Origin: Laetmonice hystrix
Taxonomy: Eukaryota
Assembly: GCA_965235115.1 (NCBI GenBank)
Contig: OZ249441.1
Span: forward strand, 13,454,001-13,518,000
Reading direction: 5' to 3'
DNA: 64,000 nucleotides
This document shows positions 49,650 through 63,612 of the stretch, in pieces. The position numbers and the translations under genes were made by a program. Below the pieces are notes generated by a model. It made no database searches and was not told the DNA's origin. It saw nothing but the letters and a program-made list of their open reading frames with translations. The stretch's first letter is position 1. The number at the start of each line of letters is the position of its first letter.

Positions 49650-51457
49650 GTTGCTGCAAAAAAAGAAATAAATAACTGTTACATTCTGATGAAAGTGCAG
49701 ACTATTTTAGTAAATTGTCCCCAGTAATAGATTCTCTGCCTCTATCGCTAAATTGGCAGATCTAAACAATACAAGCCGAGAGTCGTCAGAATCTGGTGAT
49801 GAATCACTGCTCATCTGTTTCTATATCCAGCATTAATGTCATAATCCTTGCTAGAATTATGGTCATCTTTCTTTCTCACCCCCCTGTTTATTACCCCTCT
49901 TTCTTTTTCTATAAGTACGACCCAAACAATAAAAATAAACGGTCAGCAAGATTACTAAGAAGGAAGATACTGTGTAACGTAGAGCTTTGCCTGCCAAAAG
50001 TAGAACCACTTCTGTCAAAACTCTGTCACAGCGAAAATACATGCATGTCTGTATACAGTATTATGAACCGAAGGGCTGCTAACACTGCGACATTTTCTTT
50101 GACAATTGTCATAGTGCACACACACTTTCACTAACTGCCTCAAGTAAACCTAAAGTATTTATTCACGAATACTGGTCTACACAGTCTTGTCAATTCATCA
50201 GAAATGGGTCCGAGTTGACATCACTGAAGTACTGCTGGGGTAATCACCATTGCCCACACATAAAACAACGATAACTAAGTAATCACCCCACCCTTCCCAC
50301 CCTGTATGGCCGATCCCATTATCTCTGCCGGGTCGTTGACGGACACAGTGGCGCCATCAACGTGGCCCACCAGTGTGAGAGGAGCTCAGGTGTTCAGTCA
50401 CCAAGAGACCTTCCAGGGCTGGGCTTAAATCACAATCTTTTTACAAAGGTACAGGTAGGAAAGATGTCCTCCGGGTCCTACTCTTTGTAGACAAGATTAC
50501 TTTCAGCCCTGGTGTTTCTACAGGGTTCCCATAATTTCATGACTTTTCCATGACTTTTCCACACTACATTTCATGACCAATTCCGGATAAAATAATCAAA
50601 ATACAATAAAATCCCATTCCTCCTTAGTCCTAGTACGTCGTCGAACTTTAAATTTTAGGCCTAACAGAAACAAAGATGTGTTAAAATGTGGTCTTCCAAC
50701 AGGGACCTAGAGGTGACTGGAGACAAAATACAACCCAATGTTTCAAGGGCTCATCGGTGGGTTCGTGAATTTTCAGCGACTTTTCTATATAAAATCCCCT
50801 TCCCCAACGTACGAGCCCTCTCCAGTGATCCGTCTAACACCAGAATGTCTTTCCATTTTGATGACAGCCTGCCACGTAGGGGCGGTGAGAAATGACTGAT
50901 TGCGTTCGAATCCAGCAACCCATTTGATAGACAGACATGTTGAGAATAATCTTAACGCAAACATATGTTATACAATTACTGATATAGTGGCGTCACGTCA
51001 ATTTCCGTATAAATGGGGCAGAGTGGCCTGGGTGACTATGAAAGACCCGACGGTCTGCAGCAGGAGCAGCTCTAGAATTGCTGCTCATGTCGTATAAACA
51101 GTGCCAGGTCTTCCTGACTAATAGTACCGCTGTATGGTTAACAGTGTCGAGCGGTACATGGCCAACAAAGTTAGCCACGCTGATTAGCAATCTTAGGGTT
51201 TCCAAATATAGAGGCTGTATGAGCGAATGTCAATGAATGAACCCACAACAGGACTACATGAATGGATCCGGTGGCATGGCAACCAACCGCTGCAACCAAT
51301 CAGACGTGTTGTTACAGACTTGCCACACCCTGCCACAGGTGGACGACAGGATAGGGCACCCCTATCTGAGGGTACAATGGCCATGACCTTCGGCTTCCGG
51401 CAGGCTCCACCTGATGAATTAAAGCTCGTTACGAGCACCCGCATGTATAACAGGGTC

Positions 51458-51461
51458 CTGC

Positions 51462-51508
<47 letters not shown>

Positions 51509-51574
51509 ATACTGCTGCTGCTGCTGATACTGCTGCTGCTGCTGCTGATACTGCTGCTGCTGCTTCTGCTGCTG
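51458..51574. repeat. Interrupted (CTG)n/(CAG)n trinucleotide tract, 39 triplets
   Basis: Manual count: 34 CTG, 2 CTT and 3 ATA. Confidence 0.95.
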
Positions 51575-53170
51575 CAAGAACCATCCACCACAGGATGCAC
51601 CACTCAGCTCAACGCGTGGGCGGCGCCTCAAATATCACGAACCATGCCCCGTGGAAATATTTTTGTTTAATGTAAAAACACAACTACGGTTGAGGGCCAT
51701 CTATCCGCGTCTGCGGCTTGGCACACATAGGCCCGACCCACCGGCAGACTTCTCCAGGTGGGAATGGAAGGGAAATTATGCTAGTCGAATGCAACAGTGC
51801 AGTGAGAAGCACGGCCGGTGAATAATGAGGTGGCCGGTGAGGCTGGCAGGCGGGTGGGCGGGTGGTGGGTCGTACTACCTGAGGCACGGCGGCCTGGGCC
51901 AACATGGCCGCCTCCACCGCCGTCACCGCTCGCCTCACATCGGTCGTCATGACACGGACACAGCAATGGCTGCTCACTATGGAAAACGACAGGTTAGTAG
52001 TGTGCAGTAAAGGCCAACCTTGTGACGCCCATCAGGTTGGCGGAGCTGGAGGAGATGGAGGCTGAAACCGGTGTGGTAGTGGCTGACTGCTGTAAGGAGA
52101 GTGGTGGGAGTGGCTGGAGCGGCTGGAGCGGCTGAAGATGATGCTGGTGGCTGTAGGCGGCGGTGGGCACCACAGGGACCAAGCATGCAGCCTGCATTCC
52201 TCCCTCCCTCACTTGCCCTGTCTTCTGGTCCTCTGTGCTTCAGCTGCCGCAGCTTCCTGCTATAGCTCTTTGAAAGCTGTCTCCTCCTCCACCGCCACAG
52301 TGCTGCTGTTGGTGATGCTGGATGTGGTGGTGGATCGTCCCTACACCGTCGTGACAGCCACACCTCACAGTCCTGCTAACACCCACACACGGACAGCAAG
52401 CAGGCCCTCGTCTCGCGGTAAGACACGCAGTCAGGCTGCTGATGGCGGCCCACGTCCCTTACTAGATAGAGTCTAAGGTGTGGCTCTGTCCTCCCCTCCT
52501 CCTCCTACTCGTCGTCGTTGTTGGCGGTGCCCCCGGCCTCCTGGCCCCTTCAGTCCCACTGCCGCCCTTGCCGCCGCTGTCGCCGCCCAACATTGATTTC
52601 CTCTAGCCTCAGTAAGCTTGCCCGTCCCTCCTTCCGCCACGACGCCTATGTCCTCAATCGCTGCAATGTGAGCGGGTGTCGGGCGGGAATGAGATGTCAC
52701 CGGCAGCCACGGGTTTTAGAGTCGGTCCTGCCGGGGTCGTTATTATCATAATACGGGGTCAGCCACCAGCCTAGGTGTGCTTGTCAGCATCACCGACGGA
52801 CGAGTCGAGCAGCCAGCATCATTAGGAACCGGTCGCCAACCAGGTCACCAGCGCCTGCTGCTACTCACCTGTCGGCGACACATACGGCCTGCCTCTGACA
52901 CCTGTAGCCAATCCGTGACACCCGAGCCTACCAATGACACCAGCAGCCTCCCTCAACACCCCTCTACATCACCCGCATCAGTCCCACCTGAACATCATCA
53001 CCCACTTACTTATCGTCATAGCAACACACCTGGCATCTCATTCCATGCTGCTGTCACCAGCTGACCGGATCTCATTAACTCTACATGTATCAGAACATAT
53101 GTAATACAATCACTACTTCGGAATCATTGTATTTGTTCATTATTATTATTATGACCTAGATACGATTGTT

Positions 53171-54452
53171 ATCTTCTATCATACTACCTATACAAGGTAT
53201 CATATCCTCTTCTATCATACTACCTACATGGTACCATATCGTAATACAAGGTATCATATCCTCTTCTATCATACTACCTACATGGTTCCATATCATAATA
53301 CAAGGTATCATATCCTCTTCTATCATACTACCTACATGGTACCATATCATAATACAAGGTATCATATCCTCTTCTATCATACTACCTACATCGTACCATA
53401 TCATAATACAAGGTATCATATCCTCTTCTATCATACTACCTACATCGTACCATATCATAATACAAGGTATCATATCCTCTTCTATCATACTACCTACATG
53501 GTACCATATCATAATACAAGGTATCATATCCTCTTCTATCATACTACATAGATGGTACCATATCATAATACAAGGTATCATATCCTCTTCTATCATACTA
53601 CATAGATGGTACCATATCATAATACAAGGTATCATATCCTCTTCTATCATACTACATAGATGGTACCATATCATAATACAAGGTATCATATCCTCTTCTA
53701 TCATACTACATAGATGGTACCATATCATAATACAAGGTATCATATCCTCTTCTATCATACTACATAGATGGTACCATATCATAATACAAGGTATCATATC
53801 CTCTTCTATCATACTACATAGATGGTACCATATCATAATACAAGGTATCATATCCTCTTCTATCATACTACATAGATGGTACCATATCATAATACAAGGT
53901 ATCATATCCTCTTCTATCATACTACCTACATGGTACCATATCATAATACAAGGTATCATATCCTCTTCTATCATACTACCTACATGGTACCATATCATAA
54001 TACAAGGTATCATATCCTCTTCTATCATACTACCTACATGGTACCATATCATAATACAAGGTATCATATCCTCTTCTATCATACTACCTACATGGTACCA
54101 TATCATAATACAAGGTATCATATCCTCTTCTATCATACTACCTACATGGTACCATATAATAATACAAGGTATCATATCCTCTTCTATCATACTACCTACA
54201 TGGTACCATATCATAATACAAGGTATCATATCCTCTTCTATCATACTACCTACATGGTACCATATCATAATACAAGGTATCATATCCTCTTCTATCATAC
54301 TACCTACATGGTACCATATCATAATACAAGGTATCATATCCTCTTCTATCATACTACCTACATGGTACCATATAATAATACAAGGTATCATATCCTCTTC
54401 TATCATACTACCTACATGGTACCATATCATAATACAAGGTATCATATCCTCT
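53171..54452. repeat. Minisatellite, 54-bp unit, about 24 copies
   Basis: Unit caaggtatcatatcctcttctatcatactacctacatggtaccatatcataata, with a block of catagatggt variants. Confidence 0.96.
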
Positions 54453-55269
54453 AGGTCACGTCGATATATCTCCTCCCACGCATTCACATCGCATTCTATT
54501 GTGGTGCCGTAAAACGAAAATAGTTTGTAAACTTAAATATGCCTGCTCCAACTGATGCCATTTCAAATGAGTGACAATAAACTTAGGTTACAATCATTGA
54601 CCGAGCCGCAGCTGTCACGACCAGTGCATCGTCTGTCAGTGCACACCGTCTACACCGTTATAATTAGTCGTTTTAGTGATGGTAATTTGTCATACGACAT
54701 CATGTACTTCAATTTTTTTGTTTGCTAACGTATATAAATTATGCAAATAAAAGTTTTGAATCCTCCTCATTCTTGAGTTTTATTCAGAAATGGAATTCTT
54801 GTTCAGACTTGGCAATAAAACTAGCAAGTACCCGTCCACAACGTGTCAATTAAATATTTATTCTCATGGAAAGTAAGAAAAAAAAACAAATCTAACAATG
54901 GTCAGGTTACAAGTGGCTCTAGATTCAAAGTTTATCATCATATTTCCCAACTTTCGCAACCCCCTCCTCCTCCCCCCCCCCCCCCTCAGTGCCAGCAATG
55001 TCAGCCGAGCCGACCACAGTTGGTGAATCCCGCCGCCAGGGGAATGACTCAAATCATCCCCGCGTCCTCCTCCCACCAGAGGTTCATCCAGATTACTGAC
55101 GGCTGAGCCAGATCATCCTTTATACAATCGCTTAATCCTCTTTACGATCAGGGATCAGCACATGGCTTCCGACCAAATCTACTCGGTGCGGATTCTCTCA
55201 GAATCGTCTGCAGCTCACGACTTCAGACTAGAATGATCTGTCAGTATTATTCTGTATACTAGAGGTGGT

Positions 55270-55450
55270 CAGTTCAACTCAAAACTGGTCCATATTCCGG
55301 CAAAACTGGTCCATATTCCAGCAAAACTGGTCCATATTCCGGCAAAACTGGTCCATATTCCGGCAAAACTGGTCCATATTCCGGCAAAACTGGTCCACAT
55401 TTCGGCAAAACTGGTCCATATTCCGGCAAAACTGGTCCATATTCCGGCCA
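55270..55450. repeat. Minisatellite, 21-bp unit, about 8 copies
   Basis: Unit cggcaaaactggtccatattc. Confidence 0.93.
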
Positions 55451-56970
55451 CACTGTTTCTCCCCGAGACAATCGAGTTATGGTTCTCGTAGAAACCCGTG
55501 ATACTGGCTCATGATTGGAATGAAAGTGAAAACTTAAAATCTAGTAACAATGAAATACGTTTGTGTCCACAACAATCTCCTTCACAGGAGGAACCAGGTT
55601 TACATCATCAGGCTCCATACCAAATCAACGTGCTCTAACCGACGTTTTACACCATGGTAGTTAGATACGTCATCTAAGTGTTGTATGATCCCAGATTTGT
55701 GGCCGAGAGGAATCAGATTTGATCAAAAACACACCAGAGCTTTTATGTCCAGCTACCGTGGAATGTTCCTTGTCTAAAAGTCTATTGGCGGACGAGCGAT
55801 AAGGTCTTTGAATCAGTCTGTTCATATTAAAACACAAACATATTTACGACAGAAACTATGTGGAGGAGAGAGAACGTTTTGAAGTCGCTCACACAAGGTC
55901 GTGTCGACCTACACACTCTGAGCTTCATCCCACTGGATCCTCCTGCGTCTGGTCTGGAGACAGAATACACAGGAGGAAGGCAACTGCCATCCCTCCTGTT
56001 CCAAATCCTTCACTGTCTCTGCCCCTGGCAGACCGACAGAATGCCTTTAGTTCCTTCCCCAGCCGGCCTGGCCTCAGGATGGCGAGAGTCCATGGCCCTC
56101 ACCCCCCACCCCCCACCCCCTCCCATCAACATTGTCTCCAGCCTCATCCCCACCAGGCCATAATTTATTATCCTTGCTCCAAGATTACATATGAAATCTT
56201 CAGACTCCAAGTCCTACAGGCATCTACTGTAACTGGATGTACCCTCCCTGCAGACCCCAGATATACAATTTCTGTTGGCACGACTGGGAGTCGTTACAAA
56301 GACAAACATACGGCATATGCCAAGACATTGAACAACATGCGCCCAAAGGGTCATACCAGGCAAAAACCTGGTCCCTCCCCCATCTGTTACCGTAGTACAT
56401 GAGGGGGTAGACGTATCAGGGAGTGTTAAGGACCATCTACATCAGGGATCCGGGGGACACCTGGGGGACACATAGGGGACAGTGTTATCAGCGTGTGCCT
56501 TGGCCAGGGGACACGGGTCTGTGGACGGAGGACGGGAACCACACCCAAGGAGCCAGCCGTTCGAACCGGCCGGGTGCCAAGGCCCGCTCTATTAGCTGGG
56601 ATGGGATTAGCATTGATCTGCCTCTAGCCCTCTTGCCGGCGGCCCATCTGACCCAAGGGCCACGGCCCTGGCCCATACCGAAGTACCCGCAGCTCCGGTC
56701 ATTTGCAAAGAAATCAGATCGAACAGAGTGCTGCACTTCAGCACAGTGTACAGCTTGAACTGTGACATCCTTGGTGTGGCTTCCTGCGGTCATACTGACA
56801 CGGGTATCCGCCACACCAGAGTAGAAAGTATAACTCAAATATGATCCCGTAAAAAAATTATTATTTTACAGAAGATTTCATGGTATGGAGTATAAAACCA
56901 GCGGGGTTTCTATTTATGTTTTGATAGTGAAATAATCAATAATGTAGAGAATGTTTATGTTATCTTGATG

Positions 56971-57282
56971 AAATACCCCTAGAATACGTGCTTACGGATA
57001 GCTCCGAGGAGAAACAATCTACAAATACCCCTAGAATACGTGCTTACGGATAGCTCCGAGGAGAAACAATCTACAAATACCCCTAGAATACGTGCTTACG
57101 GATAGCTCCGAGGAGAAACAATCTACAAATACCCCTAGAATACGTGCTTACGGATAGCTCCAAGGAGAAACAATCTACAAATACCCATAGAATACGTGCT
57201 TACGGATAGCTCCGAGGAGAAACAATCTACAAATACCCCTAGAATACGTGCTTACGGATAGCTCCGAGGAGAAACAATCTAC
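56971..57282. repeat. Minisatellite, 52-bp unit, about 6 copies
   Basis: Unit cccctagaatacgtgcttacggatagctccgaggagaaacaatctacaaata. Confidence 0.93.
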
Positions 57283-59590
57283 GGTACATCTCTACCTTCC
57301 TGTACAAGTTCCCAAGGGATCACTAAATCCGAAACTGACATCGAACGCACCTATGTCCAGAAGAACGCCACGCTTCCTAATTTGATTAGGAAAAGGTTAA
57401 TACTGCTAACCAGTTGAACGGTTACAAGTAATACCATTGACCACCCTTACCTGTACGCTCGCCCTACATTACTTGCATTATGTATCCAGGGCCATATAAT
57501 CAGGTAAATGATAAAACATCAACACAAACTCACCTCCAATTTTCTACAGTAACGTCTCCTGACGTAGGGAATAAAATCCTCTCATTTTACACGGGAGAAC
57601 GCAACTTGATGATAAGGACCAAGGGCTTTTAAACCGCGGCCCCCAACTGAGCACTGTCCTGGTGCTAGCCAGGTCGATTTGAAATAAAACGCGTATACCA
57701 TATTTGTAGTGTACCACTATTTGCTGGCATGCCAGCCTGGATACAAAAAGTATTGAGTTCAGCAGCCTCCGTTGCCACCAGGTGGCACGCAGGTCGCTGT
57801 GTGACAGTTTGGGCCCTTCCGACTCGTGTTTGGGCGGGAGAGTGCTCCTTCATTCCCAATTACAGTATACATTATAGAACAATGTTCAGTGAACAAGCTA
57901 TTATTACCGGGGTCTCACAAAGTCTAAACCACGACACGAACGGCCACTGGTCGTTCAGCCCTTACACAACGTCTCTATACCGTCTCCTACACTGTCCTGG
58001 CAATAATATCCCAATGGGTTTTTCTAAGAATAAAGATTCTTCAAATCAACCATCAGCACTGCAACCCTCCCCCAACCACACACACACACACACCAGCTGT
58101 TACCAAGGTAACCAACCGAGGCTTAAATGACGGCTTGATCCTCACCATCGGATTATTTTCACCTTGAGTCAACCAGGCCGCCACCAGTCGGCCTGTAGCC
58201 TCCGGTAGACGGCGTCCACTGATCTCATAATGCGCCCTCAGCCTCCACCACTGTCGGCTAGGCAAGCACAGCTCCTATCTGTATCTGTGTCTCCTGATTC
58301 TCACTGTTTGACTGACTGAGGTAAGCCTGGGGTGTCATGGAGTATTTACAGAAACAAGATTTGAGAGACATGCATGGGCGTCACTTTGTGAGTTATCATC
58401 ATGACTGATTCTTTGGTCTGGCGCTACTACATCAAACAAGTCCAATATCTCAAAGCGTTTTAATGAATAATAATTATTTTGACTAGCATTTGTTTTATTA
58501 AGTGAAGAAAATACATTGCGCGAATCCTAGGACATTAGTAATTATCATGAATTTAACAATGGTTACTTTCTGATTCAATTTCTGGCGGTGATTTCTTTCA
58601 ATCATCAATCCTGGTCTAGTTCATGTTAATCCCCCCAGATGTCACCGGTGTCGTCCGTCTCTCTGTCCGGCGGGCCGCGGCTGAAGGAGGAGTAGGAGGA
58701 GGAAGAGGAACAGGAGGAGGAGGGTGTGGTGGAGGAGGTGGATGGCGTGGTGGTCTGAACCGACCCCCCCACCTCCAGGGCTCAGCCTGCTCCTCCCAGA
58801 CCTCCCCCCTCCAGGACCACCTCCGGTAGCCGACCTCCTGCTCGCCTGCCCCTCCCAGACCTCCCCCCTCCAGGACCACCTCCGGTAGCCGACCTCCTGC
58901 TCACCTCCAGACTTCAAGTTCCTGTCACTTTTTTCCAGGTGATAAATGATCTCTTTCCCTGGGAAAGGCAGCGACTAGGAGCCAAGCCATTACCTGGCGC
59001 GACACCTCTGACTTTTCTGTTTGGAAACACAGCAAGACGTCAAATGAAACATGTGCCTGGCCTTGTTCTCCCTTCTATTTTACGTCATACCTACCTTCCT
59101 GTCGATTCTCTACCAGGACGCGAAACCCATCGATTACCTAACCGAGTCATCTCCGTGTGGCAATGATGTAATCGGTTTAATACCCGATTACCTCAACATA
59201 TGAGGACGGGGTGTGCCGGTATTGACCAGATCAGAGGGAAAGGTTATTGGGACCCCCTCACCCCCACCCCAGGAGTATGTAAATAACAGGGTGGCGACAT
59301 CTGCAAGCCGAGCTGGGCAGGGGGGCGTTGTGACCCGTTCCGCTTGGCGATCAGCCCACAGCCACACACACCTTTCGGGCCCGTTTACACGGTCTTTTAT
59401 CCTGTCCACCGCCTGGGCCAGGTTCTGGACTCCTGTAATTTGTCCCCGTGATCACAAACATACCACCTAATGGGGGCACCCAACTGACAGACTGGTGTCG
59501 TGACACTGGAGGCAAGTAGTCTCCTCGACAGTATGGTTCAAGCCAGTTACCGCTACATCTCTACGTCACGCAACGTACCTGTTTGTACTA

Positions 59591-59865
59591 ACATCCTCTG
59601 TAATATCGCATATTGATACATTCATTATTATCATCCTCTGTAATATCGCATATTGATACATTCATTATAATCATCCTCTGTAATATCGCATATTGATACA
59701 TTCATTATAATCATCCTCTGTAATATCGCATATTGATACATTCATTATAATCATCCTCTGTAATATCGCATATTGATACATTCATTATAATCATCCTCTG
59801 TAATGTCGCATATTGATACATTCATTATAATCATCCTCTGTAATATCGCATGTTGATACATTCAT
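59591..59865. repeat. Minisatellite, 40-bp unit, about 7 copies
   Basis: Unit tcatcctctgtaatatcgcatattgatacattcattataa. Confidence 0.93.
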
Positions 59866-60199
59866 TTAGAATACGAATAATATCTATGAAGTGGAAATGT
59901 CATCGACAACTTTGTCTAGTCTTAACTGAGGCAACCATGAATGATCACCTCGAGCAAACTGTTCCATAATAATACACAGACACGTGTGGCAGTAAATGAC
60001 GAGTGAAGAGATCATTTCAATGAAAACGTTTCACAAAATTCCTGGGATATCAAAAGTGACCCAGTGAACCATCTTCCTTTGGATGTTAATTCCTTGACAA
60101 GAAGACAGCTGCTTGTCATCATGTGACGCCAGGACATTCCTGAAGTGATCAGATCTAAAGTGACGGGCTAAAGTCTCTTCTGTCCCACCTGGAGGGAAT

Positions 60200-60550
60200 C
60201 AACCCCATCATGACGCCCCGGGGCCGGCGGCACACCCCCTGGCTAGCTTGTAAACCGATCGGCTTGTTCCCCACTCGGTCCTCCGAGTGAAGCGGACCCC
60301 AGCTGCTGGCCTGGCGGCTCTCTTACCCCGGCCAGGGCCACCCGACACCCCTCCGGCTCCCGGACAGACACCCCCGACCTCGGCCCTCGGCAAGGCCCTC
60401 ACGGCCTACTTGAGGCCGTGAAAGATTCCTCTTTCGTCGGAAAGAGAAACCACTTTAAGAGCTCAGTTCAGGCACCACGATGCCGAGGGTGATATCTCAG
60501 CATCCTGGTTTTCAAAGGTGGTGGGTGTCGAGGGTGGGGGTGGGAGGGGG
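60200..60550 (-). ncRNA. Candidate orphan structured RNA (multi-hairpin); family not recognised
   Basis: At least five stems of 7-12 bp in about 270 nt. Three hairpins extend by G-U pairs only on the minus strand. Confidence 0.35.
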
Positions 60551-60720
60551 ATCCTCACGAGCTTTGTGTTCGAGCGGTCCTTTGTGTCCAATTCACAGAG
60601 CTGTTGGAAGCAGAGGGTGACTACCTCGGCCCTATAAAATATGTGAAGAATGCGGAACGGTCGTCTTTACTGAATGAGAACCATGCTGGAGAAAACCGAC
60701 ACACTACGACAGCCTGACTA

Positions 60721-61444
60721 TGTCCTGGGCAGGACGTCATCCCTCCAACCCATAAAGTCAACCCATCCCCGGCCATCAACGGCCAGGTCCTGGGCAGGAC
60801 GTCATCCCTCCAACCCATAAAGTCATCCCTTCCCCGGCCATCAACGGCCAGGTCCTGGGCAGGACGTCATCCCTCCAACCCATAAAGTCATCCCATCCCC
60901 GGCCATCAACGGCCAGGTCCTGGGCAGGACGTCATCCCTCCAACCCATAAAGTCATCCCATCCCCGGCCATTAACGGCCAGGTCCTGGGCAGGACGTCAT
61001 CCCTACAACCCATAAAGTCAACCCTTCCCCGGCCATCAACGGCCAGGTCCTGGGCAGGACGTCATCCCTACAACCCATAAAGTCAACCCTTCCCCGGCCA
61101 TCAACGGCCAGGTCCTGGGCAGGACGTCCTCCCTCCAACCCATAAAGTCATCCCTTCCACGGCCATCAACGGCCAGGTCCTGGGCAGGACGTCATCCCTC
61201 CAACCCATAAAGTCATCCCTTCCCCGGCCATCAACGGCCAGGTCCTGGGCAGGACGTCATCCCTCCAACCCATAAAGTCATCCCTTCCCCGGCCATCAAC
61301 GGCCAGGTCCTGGGCAGGACGTCATCCCTCCAACCCATAAAGTCATCCCTTCCACGGCCATCAACGGCCAGGTCCTGGGCAGGACGTCATCCCTCCAACC
61401 CATAAAGTCATCCCTTCCCCGGCCATCAACGGTCAGGTCCTGGG
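60721..61444. repeat. Minisatellite, 65-bp unit, about 11 copies
   Basis: Unit ggtcctgggcaggacgtcatccctccaacccataaagtcatcccttccccggccatcaacggcca. Confidence 0.95.
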
Positions 61445-63612
61445 AACACTGAACAACCTAGAAACCCGGACATCAGACAAAGTGCTCCTTTGGGGGAAAT
61501 CATATTTTGTGATATCAGTTATAAGGTCTCACTGAATGAAAATTGTTAATAAATATTGCACGAGAGTTTTCCCGGGACAATATCTCAAGTAGATTATGAC
61601 AGTATAATTTGGATAAAAAAGAAAATCTAATTCCAGTGTAAGATACCAAATGTGATGCTTAAGAGATTACTCGCATCTGTCATCTACAAGTTGGTCAAGT
61701 GAACTACGGTATGTTGTGTTAGGGCTTCCCTAACGACTTTTGGCCTCGAAGTCAATACATCCAATCAAAGCCGAGCTATTGGTTGCCATACACCTAACCT
61801 TGGCTGGTCTAGTCACTCCTGTGACACTGACATACACAATCGATCGGCTTGTTGATGAATGACGTAATCAGGTTTATACCTGAAGTATCGCCAACAGAAT
61901 GTGCTCGAATGATGTCTCTAGCCTGCCGCCCGTCAAATTCAGACAACAACAAAATTAACAGCTACATGGTTTACAATCTTACTCGTCATTCATACCAGAT
62001 AGACAATCGTAATTGTATTGCCGACAAGGTGTGCATGACCGGGGCTACATAAAAACGTTTGCGACTTCATTCTGCTAGATACGATCATATACCTCCACAA
62101 ATATACCTGCGACAACGAGCAAATTCCACGCAATATATGCTACTGGTATTCGGTATTCATAACTTTTTTTTCAAATATTTGTACGTTTCTGCCATAGATC
62201 AACAAATGCCACCTGGTAAACTAAAGAAATACCACTTTATTTATTTCATGTCTCCATCCATACGTGGTGCCTAGAGTAGAATCTCATTTCGTGACAGGTT
62301 CTATTTACTCAGACTTCACACTGAGCTTAACTTCAACCATATTTTTGCAAAAGAACAAATACGACATAGCATATAGTGTTTTAAACATTTGTTTCCAACT
62401 GACATCCAAGTAGGTCCATGTGTATCCGTGTCTGCTACACAACTGGTCGTCGTTACAAACGATCCATATGCAGGATGTCCGGTTAAAATCAACCAGTTCA
62501 TGTTCGACATTTTTTCCTATTTTTTTTTTATTATAGATTTAAGACATGAAACCATAGTCACGTATCTCGCGTATATCTTATTTCAGAAAACTATTAAAAC
62601 AGTCCTAACAGCCTGATACAAACAACATCTAACACATCCAACACTATGAACACAAACATTCTATGGGATTTATTCCGCCTGAATTATTAAACGACGATGA
62701 ATATGAAAAAAGATTGTATTGCAAAAGCTGAGTTCCTGACATGTAGCTATAAGCCGTACACAGTAACGCCTAGGTTTGAAATAGCAAGCAAATACTCGGT
62801 CTGCTGCCACCCTCCTCAAACAAAGAGAGTCACACTGGCATTTGGTACCGACAGACCTGTCAAAATTTGTGCGTTTGGCAGGTCATATCTCATACAATGT
62901 GGCTAGACATAATAAGGCTTACTTTCAGCATGTCAGGGTCACTGGCCCATGACACTATAGCAGGGAATATGTCGCCTCACTCTAAGACAAACAGACCATT
63001 ATTACAAAGTCAATAAATCAGCCAACAATGGCCGCTTTTATGACATATTATGATAACACAATGACTCAAGACCAGACCAGCCTTTTGTTTTCCTTACAAT
63101 AAAAACTGGTGGAAATCTCACTCCCACTGGTGGACAGCACACAGGAAACATCATGAAGTGTGTTAGATTCAACTTGCTTGCTTTACAACGGCACACGTAA
63201 AAATAGCCAATTCTGATGCACGCCAGGCCTGTGATACTGGAGTAGGTTGGCGGGCTTGTAGACCGAGTTAACAGGCAATGATCGCCTGTTGTCTTTGGAA
63301 TAATGCCAGCAAGTATGACTCCCAGAAGACGCATACCGGGACGTGGCCAACCCTATAATGGGCGCCGGGCGCGATGTTGACTGTGCAATCATCCGAGGTG
63401 TGACAGCCCCCTCTACCCCCCCCCCCCCCCCACCCCTCCAGTCCCAACCCCACCCTCCTTCCAACTGGAGAAAACGGCGGCCGCTGCCCGGGATTCATGT
63501 CACAGGAGATCCCAGCAATCAAGCCCTACCCGAGCGGTCAGCTAGCTGATCAACTGAAACCAACTGAAGCCCTGACGACGCCAGCCCAGCAAACTGATGG
63601 TCATCAGGATAG

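Noticed and set aside
50900-50915. GTTCGAATCC B-box
   Set aside because: No A-box or cloverleaf; not a tRNA or recognisable SINE.
53156-54512. 443 and 448 aa ORFs on both strands
   Set aside because: Artefacts of the 54-bp minisatellite.
58616-58917. Gly/Pro-rich short ORFs
   Set aside because: Low-complexity GGA/CCT sequence with a short duplication; no splice or homology support.
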